Below, piece after piece: positions 49,449 to 59,832 of a DNA stretch of 64,000 nt. Origin of the DNA: Marinilabiliales bacterium (GTDB lineage Bacteria > Bacteroidota > Bacteroidia > Bacteroidales > SZUA-534); the NCBI GenBank assembly GCA_003512955.1, contig DOTG01000043.1:5564-69563 (forward strand), read 5' to 3'. Under the pieces are notes generated by a model that did not search any database, was not told the DNA's origin, and worked only from the letters and a program-made list of their open reading frames with translations. Both the position numbers and the translations under genes were made by a program. Position 1 is the first letter of the stretch, and the number at the start of each line of letters is the position of its first letter.

Positions 49449-50810
49449 TCAAGTGAACAACAAATAAAAATAGCGGCCAATATAAAAGTAAATAAAAAGG
49501 CCGATAACGTCGTTAGTGGTAGTTATAAAAGGACCAGTGGCCACAGCCGGGTCAATCTTAAGCCGGTTCAATATCAATGGTATAAAGGTTCCAAAGAGTG
49601 AAGCAAAAATTATGACCGTTATTAAAGCAAAGCTTACCGAAAACGTGAGCGGTAACGAATGTTTGACCAACAAATTATAAATCAATAAAATTGAGCTTAA
49701 GATAACCCCATTCAATAAAGCAATTGACGTTTCTTTAATTAGCTGTTTCATTGTAGATTCCAGAGCCAATGATTTATTGGCTAATCCCTGAACAATTATG
49801 GATGATGATTGGATTCCCGCATTTCCGCCCATTGCCGTTATCAATGTTATAAAAATAGCCATTTCAGGATAAAGCCTCAATTCCTCGGAAAAGCCACCGA
49901 TGACCAAAGCCCCAAACACCCCCCCGAGTAAACCGATCAACAACCAGGGGATTCTTGCCCTGGTAAGCCTGAAGATAGAGTCAGAAGCCTCTACATCACC
50001 ACTGATACCCGAGATCATCTGGTAGTCTTTCTCAGCCTCTTCTTTAATAACGTCCACAATGTCGTCGATGGTGATACGCCCTTTAAGCCTCCCAATACTA
50101 TCAACAACAGGAAGGGCCACCAAGTTGTACTTTTCCATGATATTTGCCACATCCTCTGAAGATGTTTCTGTTTTTACTGAAATGATGTTGTCATCACAGA
50201 TGTTTTTAATGAGTGTTTTTCCGGGAGCTATAATCAGTTTTTTCAGGGGCAAAGTCCCTTTAAGGACATTGGAATCGTCAACCACATATACAAAATAAAT
50301 TTCATCGACATCTTCGGCCTGTTTACGTATCTCATCCAGACAGGTAGTCACCGACCAGTTCTCATTTACCGAAATCAGCTCCGTGGCCATCAAACCACCC
50401 GCCGTATCTTCGTCGTAGCTCAACAAATCGACAATATCGCCGGCCTGCTCCACATCGGTAATGTGCGAAAGAACTTCGTCCTGCTTTTTCCCGGGCAATT
50501 CGGCAATAATGTCGGCAGCATCATCGGAATCCATATTGTCGATGAAGACCGTGGCTATTTCATGACTCGAAAGCTGATTCAGGAACTGCTCGCGGGTGTC
50601 TTCCTCCAGCTCCACCAAAACATCGGCAGCCAGTTCTTTATCTAAGTGTAAATAGATGTACTGGGCGTGTTCTTTATCAACCTGGTTTATAATTTCAGCA
50701 ATATCAGCCGGGTGCAGCTCGTTGGTCAGGCTTTTGACCAGTTCAATATTTTGTTGCTGAATCCCTTCGATTAATTTATCGAGGTATTCTCTGGTTAATT
50801 CAAAATGCAT
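49449..50810 (-). CDS. mgtE: Magnesium transporter MgtE
   Basis: LHPADIAE, DTAGGLM, CBS pair, MGGNAGIQ, DPAVATGPFITTTND. Confidence 0.96.
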   Translation of the reverse strand: MHFELTREYLDKLIEGIQQQNIELVKSLTNELHPADIAEIINQVDKEHAQYIYLHLDKELAADVLVELEEDTREQFLNQLSSHEIATVFIDNMDSDDAADIIAELPGKKQDEVLSHITDVEQAGDIVDLLSYDEDTAGGLMATELISVNENWSVTTCLDEIRKQAEDVDEIYFVYVVDDSNVLKGTLPLKKLIIAPGKTLIKNICDDNIISVKTETSSEDVANIMEKYNLVALPVVDSIGRLKGRITIDDIVDVIKEEAEKDYQMISGISGDVEASDSIFRLTRARIPWLLIGLLGGVFGALVIGGFSEELRLYPEMAIFITLITAMGGNAGIQSSSIIVQGLANKSLALESTMKQLIKETSIALLNGVILSSILLIYNLLVKHSLPLTFSVSFALITVIIFASLFGTFIPLILNRLKIDPAVATGPFITTTNDVIGLFIYFYIGRYFYLLFT

Positions 50811-50824
50811 GCTGAATTCTTTTG

Positions 50825-51610
50825 TTACAGGTTTTGTTTCAACAAGCCGTCCACCAGTTGAGTCAATTCAATAAACTCATGGACACTTAATTGTTCGGGA
50901 CGTTTGCGGAAAATCTCCTGTTCAGGTTTTACATTCATTAAAATACTTTTTAAACTGTTCGATAAGGTTTTGCGCCGTTGATTGAACCCTGTTTTTACGA
51001 TCCGGGTAAAAAGCTGTTCATTACAGGGCAGCTGCAAAACGCTGTTCCGCTTGATGCGGATAACCCCCGACTTGACTTTAGGCGGAGGGTCGAATACCTG
51101 CTCATGAACCGTAAACAGGTATTCAATCGAATAAAAAGATTGGAGTAAAACACTTAAAATTCCGTAGGTTTTTGAACCCGGCTTGGCGGCCACCCTTTCG
51201 GCTACCTCTTTTTGAAACATGCCAACCATTTCGGGCACCAAATGGCGGTGCTCAATTATTTTGAATAAAATCTGGCTCGATATATTGTAAGGGAAATTCC
51301 CGATAATGGCAAAAGGTTCCTGAAAGTGCTTATTTAAGGGTAGTTTCAAAAAATCGCCAACAATAATTTTCCCCTGTAGCTGAGGAAACTTTTTCTCAAG
51401 ATATTCCACCGATTCGGTGTCAATTTCAATCACCCGGAGGTATATTTTCTCATTTTGGATTAAATACTGTGTAAGCACCCCCATGCCTGGGCCAATCTCA
51501 AGAACGTGTGTTGGGGCTTCTCCTGAAAAACTTTCAGTTATTTTACGGGCAATGTTTTGATCTTTTAGAAAATGCTGCCCTAAATGTTTTTTTGCCCTGA
51601 CTCTCTCCAT
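50825..51610 (-). CDS. rsmA: 16S rRNA dimethyladenosine transferase
   Basis: KKHLGQHFL, LEIGPGMG, GNFPYNISS, FQKEVAER, FNQRRKTL. Confidence 0.97.
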   Translation of the reverse strand: MERVRAKKHLGQHFLKDQNIARKITESFSGEAPTHVLEIGPGMGVLTQYLIQNEKIYLRVIEIDTESVEYLEKKFPQLQGKIIVGDFLKLPLNKHFQEPFAIIGNFPYNISSQILFKIIEHRHLVPEMVGMFQKEVAERVAAKPGSKTYGILSVLLQSFYSIEYLFTVHEQVFDPPPKVKSGVIRIKRNSVLQLPCNEQLFTRIVKTGFNQRRKTLSNSLKSILMNVKPEQEIFRKRPEQLSVHEFIELTQLVDGLLKQNL

Positions 51611-51789
51611 TAGCCGAAATTTGAATGGGTGCAAGATACGGTTTTTACGCCAAGAAACCGTTTCTCAAATCCCGATTCGTGAATTATTTCACGCAATGCG
51701 CGCTAATTCTTATTTTAAAAGCCTGGTTTATCATCTCGCTTTATTGTTTCATAGGGTACGAAATAAAAAAGTCCTTTATATTTGTTCCC

Positions 51790-52737
51790 ATGAGATGGAA
51801 AAAAGCTCTTGTTGTTGGTTTTAAGGTTGCTGCAATCCTTGGGAGTACAGGATTTATAGCCCATAGGCTTTGGTATGAGTGGAATACCGGGCTGTTGAAC
51901 CAGGGAATCCATAACCTGAACGGTTCGTGGGCAATTCTTTTGCTGGTTTCTTTCATATTGATGTTTGTAAATTGGGGGTTAGAAACTTTAAAATGGCGGC
52001 TGCTACTGCAACCTATTCAACCCATCAGCAGGAAACAATCGGTAAAATCGGTACTATCGGGCATCACGGTTTCAATATTTACACCCAACAGGGTGGGTGA
52101 ATTTGCCGGACGGGTTTTTGTATTATCGGAAAATAACCGGATACAGGGAGTCGTTGCAACCATGATCGGAAATTTGACTCAGCTTCTGGTCACACTGAGT
52201 GTTGGTCTGGTGTTTTCCCCTTTTTTCCTCCAGAGGTTCCCCAATTCCATTAACATCAATACCCATTGGGTCTATCTTTTTTCGTTGCTTCAACTGGTAT
52301 TGGGGTTCCTTGTCATTATTAAATGGAAAGCGATTATTCAAATGGTCCGCCATTGGCCTATCTTAAAAAAGTATCCAGCGTTTTTCAAAGGTTTTGAGAA
52401 TTATGCAAAAAAGGATTTTTTCTGGATTTTAGGGTTGAGTTTGTTCCGATATTTGGTATTTGGCATGCAGTTTTACCTATTACTCACCCTCTTTAATGTT
52501 TCGGTAACAAAGTCCGAAGCCGTTTTAGGTATTACCCAGTTTTACTTTTTAATGACTCTTATCCCCACATTCGCCATGTCTGAATTAGGAATCCGGGGCT
52601 CCGTGGCGATGGTTATTTTCGGACTTTTCACACCGATTACGGTTGGTGTATTGGCTGCCAGTGTGGTACTTTGGTTTATGAACCTGGCTATTCCTGCCCT
52701 ATTCGGAGCCATTTTTCTATATCAATATAAGATTTAA
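51790..52737 (+). CDS. Lysylphosphatidylglycerol synthase TM / flippase-like membrane protein
   Basis: NWGLETLKW, FTPNRVGEFAGR, ELGIRGS, NLAIPA; TATATTTG at 51777-51784. Confidence 0.85.
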   Translation: MRWKKALVVGFKVAAILGSTGFIAHRLWYEWNTGLLNQGIHNLNGSWAILLLVSFILMFVNWGLETLKWRLLLQPIQPISRKQSVKSVLSGITVSIFTPNRVGEFAGRVFVLSENNRIQGVVATMIGNLTQLLVTLSVGLVFSPFFLQRFPNSININTHWVYLFSLLQLVLGFLVIIKWKAIIQMVRHWPILKKYPAFFKGFENYAKKDFFWILGLSLFRYLVFGMQFYLLLTLFNVSVTKSEAVLGITQFYFLMTLIPTFAMSELGIRGSVAMVIFGLFTPITVGVLAASVVLWFMNLAIPALFGAIFLYQYKI

Positions 52738-53119
52738 CTGTTCGGAGAAAAATTGAAAATACATTTAATTTTTAATTTACTATTGACTTAGTTACTTAAA
52801 AGGTTTAACTTTAATAAAATTTTAACCCGGATTACGCATTTAAAGTAAAAAAAATCTTAAAAATTCATGTAAGCCTTATAAAACAATGGATACGCCGATT
52901 CTGTCTTATTTAAAGTGACTAATACCGTCCCTTTAAAAAACACACAGATAAAATAATCAGTATCAGTGATATGAATCTAAATATCTTACTGATGCACAGT
53001 TTGGTTTTTAAATATTATTCTTTGTTCTTTCTTATCTAGCATATTTCTCTTTTTAGTAGAACTGATCTTTGAGCAGTAACCATTAATCCGACTTGCATAG
53101 AGGTAAGCAAGAGAAAAAC

Positions 53120-53566
53120 ATGAGCGATAAAATTAATGAACACCAGATAATTGTTCTCTTCAACCTCGATGAACAACATTACGCGTTGAATTTATCGACT
53201 GTTGAGCGTGTTATCCCTATTGTTGAAATTACTTCGCTTCCAAAAACCCCTGAAATTGTTATGGGCGTTATCAATTTTCATGGCGAGGTTATACAAGTTG
53301 TTAATATCCGCGCACTTTTTAACCTGCCTGTCCACGAGATTGAATTAGACGAACAGTTAATTATTGCACGTGTATCAAAACAGCTTATAGCACTTGTAGT
53401 TGATTCGGTTTTGGGTATTCATAAGCTTGAATACTGTCAAATAGCAACAAATGAAAATACGTTATCACGTGCAGATTATCTGTCAGGTATTGCCAAGGTT
53501 AGAAATGATATTGTTATGGTTCTTGACGAACAAAAAATACTGGAAGAAACAATTAACACCGATTAA
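53120..53566 (+). CDS. cheW: CheW coupling protein (WspB-like)
   Basis: F.LDEQHYAL...VERVI, LPKTP..VMGVINFHGEVI, IALVVDSV. Confidence 0.9.
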   Translation: MSDKINEHQIIVLFNLDEQHYALNLSTVERVIPIVEITSLPKTPEIVMGVINFHGEVIQVVNIRALFNLPVHEIELDEQLIIARVSKQLIALVVDSVLGIHKLEYCQIATNENTLSRADYLSGIAKVRNDIVMVLDEQKILEETINTD

Positions 53567-53569
53567 AGA

Positions 53570-55066
53570 ATGAGGGTTACTCTTTCTGAAGATATTATGT
53601 CTCGGCTAAGCAGGTTTATTGCTTCTAATTTTGCGTTGCATTTCCCCAAAGAGCGGTGGGGCAACTTGGAACGTAACATGGTAACTACTGCAAAAGAGTT
53701 CGGTTATTCCGATACAGAAAAGTTTATCCAGCATGTTATTTCTGCTTCGCTTACCCGTGAGGATGTGGGAATTCTGACGGCTAATCTTACAACTACCGAG
53801 ACCTATTTTTGGCGCGAACTTCAAACATTTGAAGCCCTGGAACAAATAATTATTCCTGAAATGGTCCGTTGTTGCCAAAAAGGTGAAAAAAGGATACGTG
53901 TCTGGAGTGCAGGATGTTCAACCGGCGAAGAGCCATATTCCATTGCAATTGCGCTCAAGAGGAAAATTCACGATATTAAAGATTGGGATATTTCCATTCT
54001 TGCTACTGATATTAATCCCAGAGCGTTACAAAAAGCGGAAACCGGCGAATACGGACAATGGTCCTTTCGTGGCACTCCCCGTTGGTTAAAAGAAAGGTAT
54101 TTTTTCCAAAAACCAAATAATCGGTTTGAAATTATTCCGGAGATTAAGTGCATGGTGAACTTTGAATATCTGAATTTGGCCGAGGATGTTTATCCGTCAT
54201 CGCTTAACAACACCAATGGAATGGATATAATATTTTGCCGGAACGTTCTGATGTATTTTACTCAGGAACATTTTAGGTTAGTTGAACAGAGATTGTATGA
54301 CTCATTAAAACAAAGCGGTTATCTTATAGTTTCTGCAAGTGAACTTTCTATGCAAAATTTTCCGGAGTTTACCCCGATAAATATTCCGGGTACTGTATTC
54401 TATCAGAAAAACCCTGAAAGGATTAAAAGCCTGCCAATACCTGCCACTGAAAAGATTCCTTATGAGCAGGTTTTGTTCCAAAAGCAACCAACACCTGATT
54501 GTGCAAACAAAAAACTGAATTTTCATTTCCACGAAACCGAAAAGGAGATTTTTAAAAAAGAAGATGCTGCTACTCCAATCAATTCAATTTATAAAGAATC
54601 GTTAACACCGTTTTCGCAAAACAACTTTTCTGAAGTAATTGATAAACCTCAAGAAGACGAACAGACATTAGAGGAACAACTGGCCTTAATCCGTGCTTAT
54701 ACCAACCAGGGGAAGTTAATTGAGGCAATAAACACATGTGAAAAGGTAATTGAAACCAATAAAACCGACCCCCGCTCACATTATCTATACGCAACAATAC
54801 TACAGGAAAACAACCGGTTAGACGATGCCATAGCATCACTGAAACGGGCCATATACCTGAATCCCGATTTTGTGCTTGCTTATTATCTCTTAGGGAATAT
54901 TTGTAAGCAACAGGGTAATGTTATAACAGCAAAAAAGTATTTTGAGATTACCAGTTCTATATTAAATAAGTGCAACCAGGATGATATTCTATTTGAATCG
55001 GAAGGTCTGACCACCGGTAGGTTCAGGGAAATTATCAGCACGATTCTTCAAACAAGTTCAATATGA
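53570..55066 (+). CDS. cheR: CheR methyltransferase with C-terminal TPR domain (WspC-like)
   Basis: ETYFWRE, WSAGCSTGEEPYS, ATDIN, IFCRNVLMYF; TPR repeats (LKRAIYLNPDFVLAYYLLG). Confidence 0.93.
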   Translation: MRVTLSEDIMSRLSRFIASNFALHFPKERWGNLERNMVTTAKEFGYSDTEKFIQHVISASLTREDVGILTANLTTTETYFWRELQTFEALEQIIIPEMVRCCQKGEKRIRVWSAGCSTGEEPYSIAIALKRKIHDIKDWDISILATDINPRALQKAETGEYGQWSFRGTPRWLKERYFFQKPNNRFEIIPEIKCMVNFEYLNLAEDVYPSSLNNTNGMDIIFCRNVLMYFTQEHFRLVEQRLYDSLKQSGYLIVSASELSMQNFPEFTPINIPGTVFYQKNPERIKSLPIPATEKIPYEQVLFQKQPTPDCANKKLNFHFHETEKEIFKKEDAATPINSIYKESLTPFSQNNFSEVIDKPQEDEQTLEEQLALIRAYTNQGKLIEAINTCEKVIETNKTDPRSHYLYATILQENNRLDDAIASLKRAIYLNPDFVLAYYLLGNICKQQGNVITAKKYFEITSSILNKCNQDDILFESEGLTTGRFREIISTILQTSSI

Positions 55067-55689
55067 TTAATAAAACCCGACAAATGCAAAAGGCAATGTT
55101 TGAAAGAAACGATATTAGAAGCAAGGGGAATTCACAACACGAATTACCTGATCAGAAGAATATACTTTCCCCGGAAGTAAAGCATTCTATTCTGAAAGCA
55201 AGGGCACAGGCTTTAGCCGTTGAAAAGAACGATGCAGCAGGTCAAAAAGAATTTATGGAGGTTATTGTATTCGGATTGGCAACTGAAACATACGGGATTG
55301 AGAGTAAGTTTATCCGCGAGGTTTATCCACTAAAAGATTATACAGCACTGCCCGGCATCCCCTCTTTTGTACTTGGCATTGTAAACGTGCGCGGACAGAT
55401 TGTTTCGGTGATCGACTTTAAAAAATTCTTTAACCTGCCGGAAAAAGGTTTAGGGGAACTGAACAAAGTAATTATTATCCGCAACGAAAAAATGGAGTTT
55501 GGTATTCTCGCTGATAATATAAATGACGCGCGCTCTATTGCGATTGAAGAATTACAAACACCCCCTGTTTCAACAAACGGAATCGGAGCTGCCTATTTGA
55601 GGGGGATTACCGGCGATCAGATAATTATCCTTGATGCACAAAGGATTTTAGAGGACCGGGATATAATCATAAATCAGGAATCGACTTAA
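55063..55689 (+). CDS. cheW: Second CheW with N-terminal extension (WspD-like)
   Basis: ILKARAQALA extension, LPGIPSFVLGIVNVRGQIVSVID, FGILAD. Confidence 0.92.
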   Translation: MINKTRQMQKAMFERNDIRSKGNSQHELPDQKNILSPEVKHSILKARAQALAVEKNDAAGQKEFMEVIVFGLATETYGIESKFIREVYPLKDYTALPGIPSFVLGIVNVRGQIVSVIDFKKFFNLPEKGLGELNKVIIIRNEKMEFGILADNINDARSIAIEELQTPPVSTNGIGAAYLRGITGDQIIILDAQRILEDRDIIINQEST

Positions 55690-55718
55690 AAGCACTTTAA
55701 TAATAAGGAGAAATAGAC

Positions 55719-57467
55719 ATGAAAAATTTTATCAACCTTTCAACCCGAGCCAAGCTATTATTAAGTTTTGGTTTGATTTGGATACTGTTTTTAACGGTAA
55801 TTATTATTGCTTACCAGGGTTTACAAAATATCACGCAATCTGAAAAAAAGCTACACAACGTGAATTTTCAGATAGCACTTGAACTGCGCGAACTTAGGTC
55901 GCACCAGAATTTCAACCGGGCGGCTATCCTTGATATGATGCTAACAAAAAATAGGCCCGAACAGCAGGTTTTTGAAGGAATTATAAATGAAAGGGCGCAG
56001 GCCATTAATGATATTATCGGGGGGTTATCCAAACTCGACACGGATCCTCTGTTTCAGAACCAACTGAAAGAATTAAAGAATGAAATAGATGCGTACCGTC
56101 AATCGAGAAACGATGAGATTTTACTCATTCAAGACGGGAAATTAGAAGAAGCCCAAAAATTGGGGGCAACAATCCAGAAAGAACGGTTTGAAAAAATACG
56201 GTCTATTTCCACCGAAATGGGCAACACAGCAGCCAAGGATGCCGACAACCAGCTTGCACTTGATATGCAGCAGGCAAACTCAGCTATAATACTCTTTATT
56301 ATATTTGGAGTAATTACCCTGTTTTTCAGCATAATAATGATATTGTTGTTGAACCGGACAATTGCCCAACCACTAAACGAAATTACAAAAATAGCGACAC
56401 GTGTAGGTGAGGGTGATTTGAATGTTGAACTGCCTGCTGTTGAGCGAAAAGATGAGGTTGGTATCCTTTTGCAGAGTTTTAGCAGTATGATTGTAACGCT
56501 TAAAAGGATGGCAACAATGGCTCAAAAAATAGCATCGGGCGATCTTACAGGTACTGTTGTCCCGCAATCGGAAAAAGATATTCTGGGAAATGCCTTTTTA
56601 CAGATGCTGGACAACCTGCGCCGGATTATGAAAGATATAACGGAAAGTGTCAATTTACTTGGCTCAACAGCCAGCGAGATACTGGCATCGACCACACAGG
56701 TAGCATCGGGTTCGGCTGAAACAGCAACTGCCATAAGCGAAACAACTACAACCGTTGAAGAAGTGCGCCAGGCAGCCCAGCTTTCGAGCCAAAAAGCAGG
56801 CCGTGTTTCAGAGAACGCCCAACAGGTAGCCCAGGTAACCCAGGCCGGCCAGAAGGCCGTTGACGAAACGATAAACGGTATGCGTGAAATTCAGAACCAG
56901 ATGGAAGCCGTTGCAAACACGATTGTCCGTTTGAGCGAACAGAGCCAGCAGATAGGTGGTATTATAGCCTCGGTGACCGATGTGGCCGACCAATCGAACC
57001 TGTTGGCGGTAAATGCCTCCATTGAAGCAGCCAAAGCCGGGGAACAGGGAAAAGGATTTGCCGTTGTGGCACAAGAAATAAAGGACCTTGCGCAGCAGTC
57101 GAAACAAGCTACCATACAAGTGCGCAACATTTTAAACGATATACAAAAAGCTACAAGTGCCGCGGTAATGGCCACCGAGCAGACCAGCAAGGCCGTTGAA
57201 AATGGGGTTAGGCAATCGGCCCAAACGGGCGAATCGATAAAAAAACTGGCTGAAAGCAGCAGCAAAGCAGTGGAAGCGGCCACACAAATTGTAGCCTCAA
57301 GCCAGCAACAGGTTGTGGGAATGGACCAAATCGGGTTGGCCATGAATAACATCAACCAGGCCGGAACGGAGAATGCCGCGAGCATGGTGCAAGCCGAAAA
57401 AGCAGCGAAGGGCTTAAATGAGCTAGGCCAGAAATTGAAATTACTGGTTGAACAGTATAAAATATAG
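55719..57467 (+). CDS. Methyl-accepting chemoreceptor (TM, periplasmic helical sensor, TM, HAMP, MA)
   Basis: ADQSNLLAVNASIEAAKAGEQGKGFAVVAQEI hairpin tip; two TM helices; RKDEVG HAMP motif. Confidence 0.95.
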   Translation: MKNFINLSTRAKLLLSFGLIWILFLTVIIIAYQGLQNITQSEKKLHNVNFQIALELRELRSHQNFNRAAILDMMLTKNRPEQQVFEGIINERAQAINDIIGGLSKLDTDPLFQNQLKELKNEIDAYRQSRNDEILLIQDGKLEEAQKLGATIQKERFEKIRSISTEMGNTAAKDADNQLALDMQQANSAIILFIIFGVITLFFSIIMILLLNRTIAQPLNEITKIATRVGEGDLNVELPAVERKDEVGILLQSFSSMIVTLKRMATMAQKIASGDLTGTVVPQSEKDILGNAFLQMLDNLRRIMKDITESVNLLGSTASEILASTTQVASGSAETATAISETTTTVEEVRQAAQLSSQKAGRVSENAQQVAQVTQAGQKAVDETINGMREIQNQMEAVANTIVRLSEQSQQIGGIIASVTDVADQSNLLAVNASIEAAKAGEQGKGFAVVAQEIKDLAQQSKQATIQVRNILNDIQKATSAAVMATEQTSKAVENGVRQSAQTGESIKKLAESSSKAVEAATQIVASSQQQVVGMDQIGLAMNNINQAGTENAASMVQAEKAAKGLNELGQKLKLLVEQYKI

Positions 57468-57526
57468 CCTATTATTTTAGGATGTAAGTGAATAAGCTAA
57501 CAACATGACAATAAAAAGCACAAAAA

Positions 57527-59812
57527 ATGGATAAGAAAGACGAAGAATTCTTTAAGCGGCTTCAGGCAACCTTTCGCGTTGAAGCAGAAGAACATATTCG
57601 CGAACTTACGTCAGGGCTAATTGAATTAGAGAAGGCTCCCAAGTTTGAAAAGGCTTCTGAACTGATTGAGGCTATTTTTCGCGAAGCACACAGCTTAAAA
57701 GGTGCTGCCCGATCTGTTAATATGAAAGAGATTGAGTCTATCTGCCAGGTTTTAGAAAACATATTCGGGAAAATAAAAAATGAACATATTTCCCTGTCAG
57801 CCGAACAATTTGACCTTATTTATAAAGCCGTTGACAGCATCTCTAAAATGGTATCGGATGGAGGAACAATTGCACCGAAGGACAACAGGGGCCTGATAAA
57901 TCAATTACAATCCATCATACAGACTCATGCACAAAGAAAAATAGTTGATGAACAAACAGAGTCTTTAAAAAATCCTCTAAAAGAAGCTACAACAGGTGCT
58001 TCATTTGAAAATGAAATTCCCGTTGCAACAGAACGGTTCATCGGAGAAAAACCCATACAAGCAGGAACGGTAAGAATACCAATATCGAAGTTGGATCCTC
58101 TTTTTTTACAAGCGGAACAGATGATTCAATATAAAATCGCTGCCATTCAACGGTCATCCGAAATGAAGGATATTAATGGGTTAATAGGCTTATGGAAAAC
58201 AGAACAAAAAAAATGGGATTCGCCCCGTTACTCAGAAAGTATAACCGGGTTAAAGAAGATAAATGATTGGAATAATGAAAGGTTAAAAGAACTCGAAACA
58301 CATATAATAGCTGTTACTCATGCATTAGAAACCGATCAGCGTTCACTCGGACGGATGATTGACGACCATCTGGAATCGATGAAAAGTGTGCTGATGCTTC
58401 CGGTATCTACAATAACAGAAGGGTTTCCCAAATTTGTCCGGGATCTTGCACGTAGTCAGGGTAAGGAAGCAGAACTGGTTGTACAGGGAAAAGAGATTGA
58501 GGTTGACAAGCGGATACTTGAAGAATTAAAAGACCCATTAATCCATTTGATACGAAATTGTATTGACCATGGGATAAAAAAACCTGGTGAACGGGAATGC
58601 CTGAATAAACTGCCGCAGGGAAAAATAACGATGAGTTTTAATGCCACCGAAAGCCGCCATTTAGAGATTCGTATTTCCGATGATGGCGTCGGCATTGAAC
58701 CTGAAAATGTCCGCAAAGCAGCTATAAAAACGGGTATTCTCGACAAAGGTTCTTTGGAAAAACTAAACCCTAATGAAACATTGATGCTGGTGTTTCAGTC
58801 AGGTTTTTCCACAAGCCAAATGATCACTGACATTTCAGGGCGTGGGCTGGGTTTGGCTATTGTTAAGGAAAAGGTAGAAAAACTTGGCGGTTCCGTGTCG
58901 GTAGAAAGCAGCCCGGGTGTTGGAACAACATTCCACCTTTTACTACCATTAACCTTAGCTACATTCCGGGGCATTCTAACGCGCATAGGTAACCATTGGG
59001 TGGTTATTCCTACAATAAATGTTGAGCGCGCGGTAAGAGTAAACCAGAAAGAAATAAAAACAGTGGAAAGCAGAGAAACAATATTGATTGATGGGAAGAT
59101 ACTTAAAACAGTCCGGCTCGGAAATGTATTAGGAATAACAACCGGGGGAAATGGTACGCCAACCAAAAAGAACCACTCCACAAAGCATGATACATTTATT
59201 CAGCTATTGATACTCGTTTACGCTGACAAACGGATTGCTTTTATTGTTGATGAGATTATAGAAGAATGCCAGATACTTGTTAAAGAGTTAGGCAAGCAAT
59301 TAACCCGGGTGTGGAATATAAGCGGTGCCACGGTTCTTGGTTCCGGTAAAGTTGTACCGGTAATCAATGTTTCCGATTTAATGAAATCGGCAACTCAAAC
59401 GGATCTTTCTATAAAAGAATCGAAAGAGAAGGAGATTGAAACTGTAATGAAATCCAAGATTTTAGTGATTGATGATTCAATCACCTCACGGACATTAATA
59501 AAGAATATCCTGGAATCAGCCGGTTATCTGATAGAAACTGCCGTTGACGGTGTAGATGCGTTTACCAAAACACTAATTGGCGGATTCGATTTGATAGTAT
59601 CGGATATCGACATGCCGAGGATGAACGGTTTTGAACTTACCGCAAAAATACGTAAAGACAAAAAACTTTGTGATCTGCCTATTGTACTTGTAACGGCACT
59701 CGAATCGCGTGAAGACCGTGAACGGGGTATAGATGTTGGAGCAAACGCGTATATTGTAAAGAGTAGTTTTGATCAAAGTAATTTACTGGAAGTCATCAAG
59801 AAACTTTTATAA
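57527..59812 (+). CDS. cheA: Hybrid CheA with C-terminal receiver (WspE-like)
   Basis: FREAHSLKG (Hpt), HLIRNCIDHG, DDGVG, SGRGLGL, CheW-like domain, REC domain (DDS..SDIDMPRMNG). Confidence 0.95.
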   Translation: MDKKDEEFFKRLQATFRVEAEEHIRELTSGLIELEKAPKFEKASELIEAIFREAHSLKGAARSVNMKEIESICQVLENIFGKIKNEHISLSAEQFDLIYKAVDSISKMVSDGGTIAPKDNRGLINQLQSIIQTHAQRKIVDEQTESLKNPLKEATTGASFENEIPVATERFIGEKPIQAGTVRIPISKLDPLFLQAEQMIQYKIAAIQRSSEMKDINGLIGLWKTEQKKWDSPRYSESITGLKKINDWNNERLKELETHIIAVTHALETDQRSLGRMIDDHLESMKSVLMLPVSTITEGFPKFVRDLARSQGKEAELVVQGKEIEVDKRILEELKDPLIHLIRNCIDHGIKKPGERECLNKLPQGKITMSFNATESRHLEIRISDDGVGIEPENVRKAAIKTGILDKGSLEKLNPNETLMLVFQSGFSTSQMITDISGRGLGLAIVKEKVEKLGGSVSVESSPGVGTTFHLLLPLTLATFRGILTRIGNHWVVIPTINVERAVRVNQKEIKTVESRETILIDGKILKTVRLGNVLGITTGGNGTPTKKNHSTKHDTFIQLLILVYADKRIAFIVDEIIEECQILVKELGKQLTRVWNISGATVLGSGKVVPVINVSDLMKSATQTDLSIKESKEKEIETVMKSKILVIDDSITSRTLIKNILESAGYLIETAVDGVDAFTKTLIGGFDLIVSDIDMPRMNGFELTAKIRKDKKLCDLPIVLVTALESREDRERGIDVGANAYIVKSSFDQSNLLEVIKKLL

Positions 59813-59832
59813 ATAATTGGGGGATACCGACA

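Noticed and set aside
22064-53119. Long N-terminal extensions in the ORF track (dps, 32324, gpsA, 47427, 51625, cheW)
   Set aside because: The extensions cross TAnnTTTG promoter elements or the upstream gene, or begin at non-ATG codons; downstream starts fit the protein families better.
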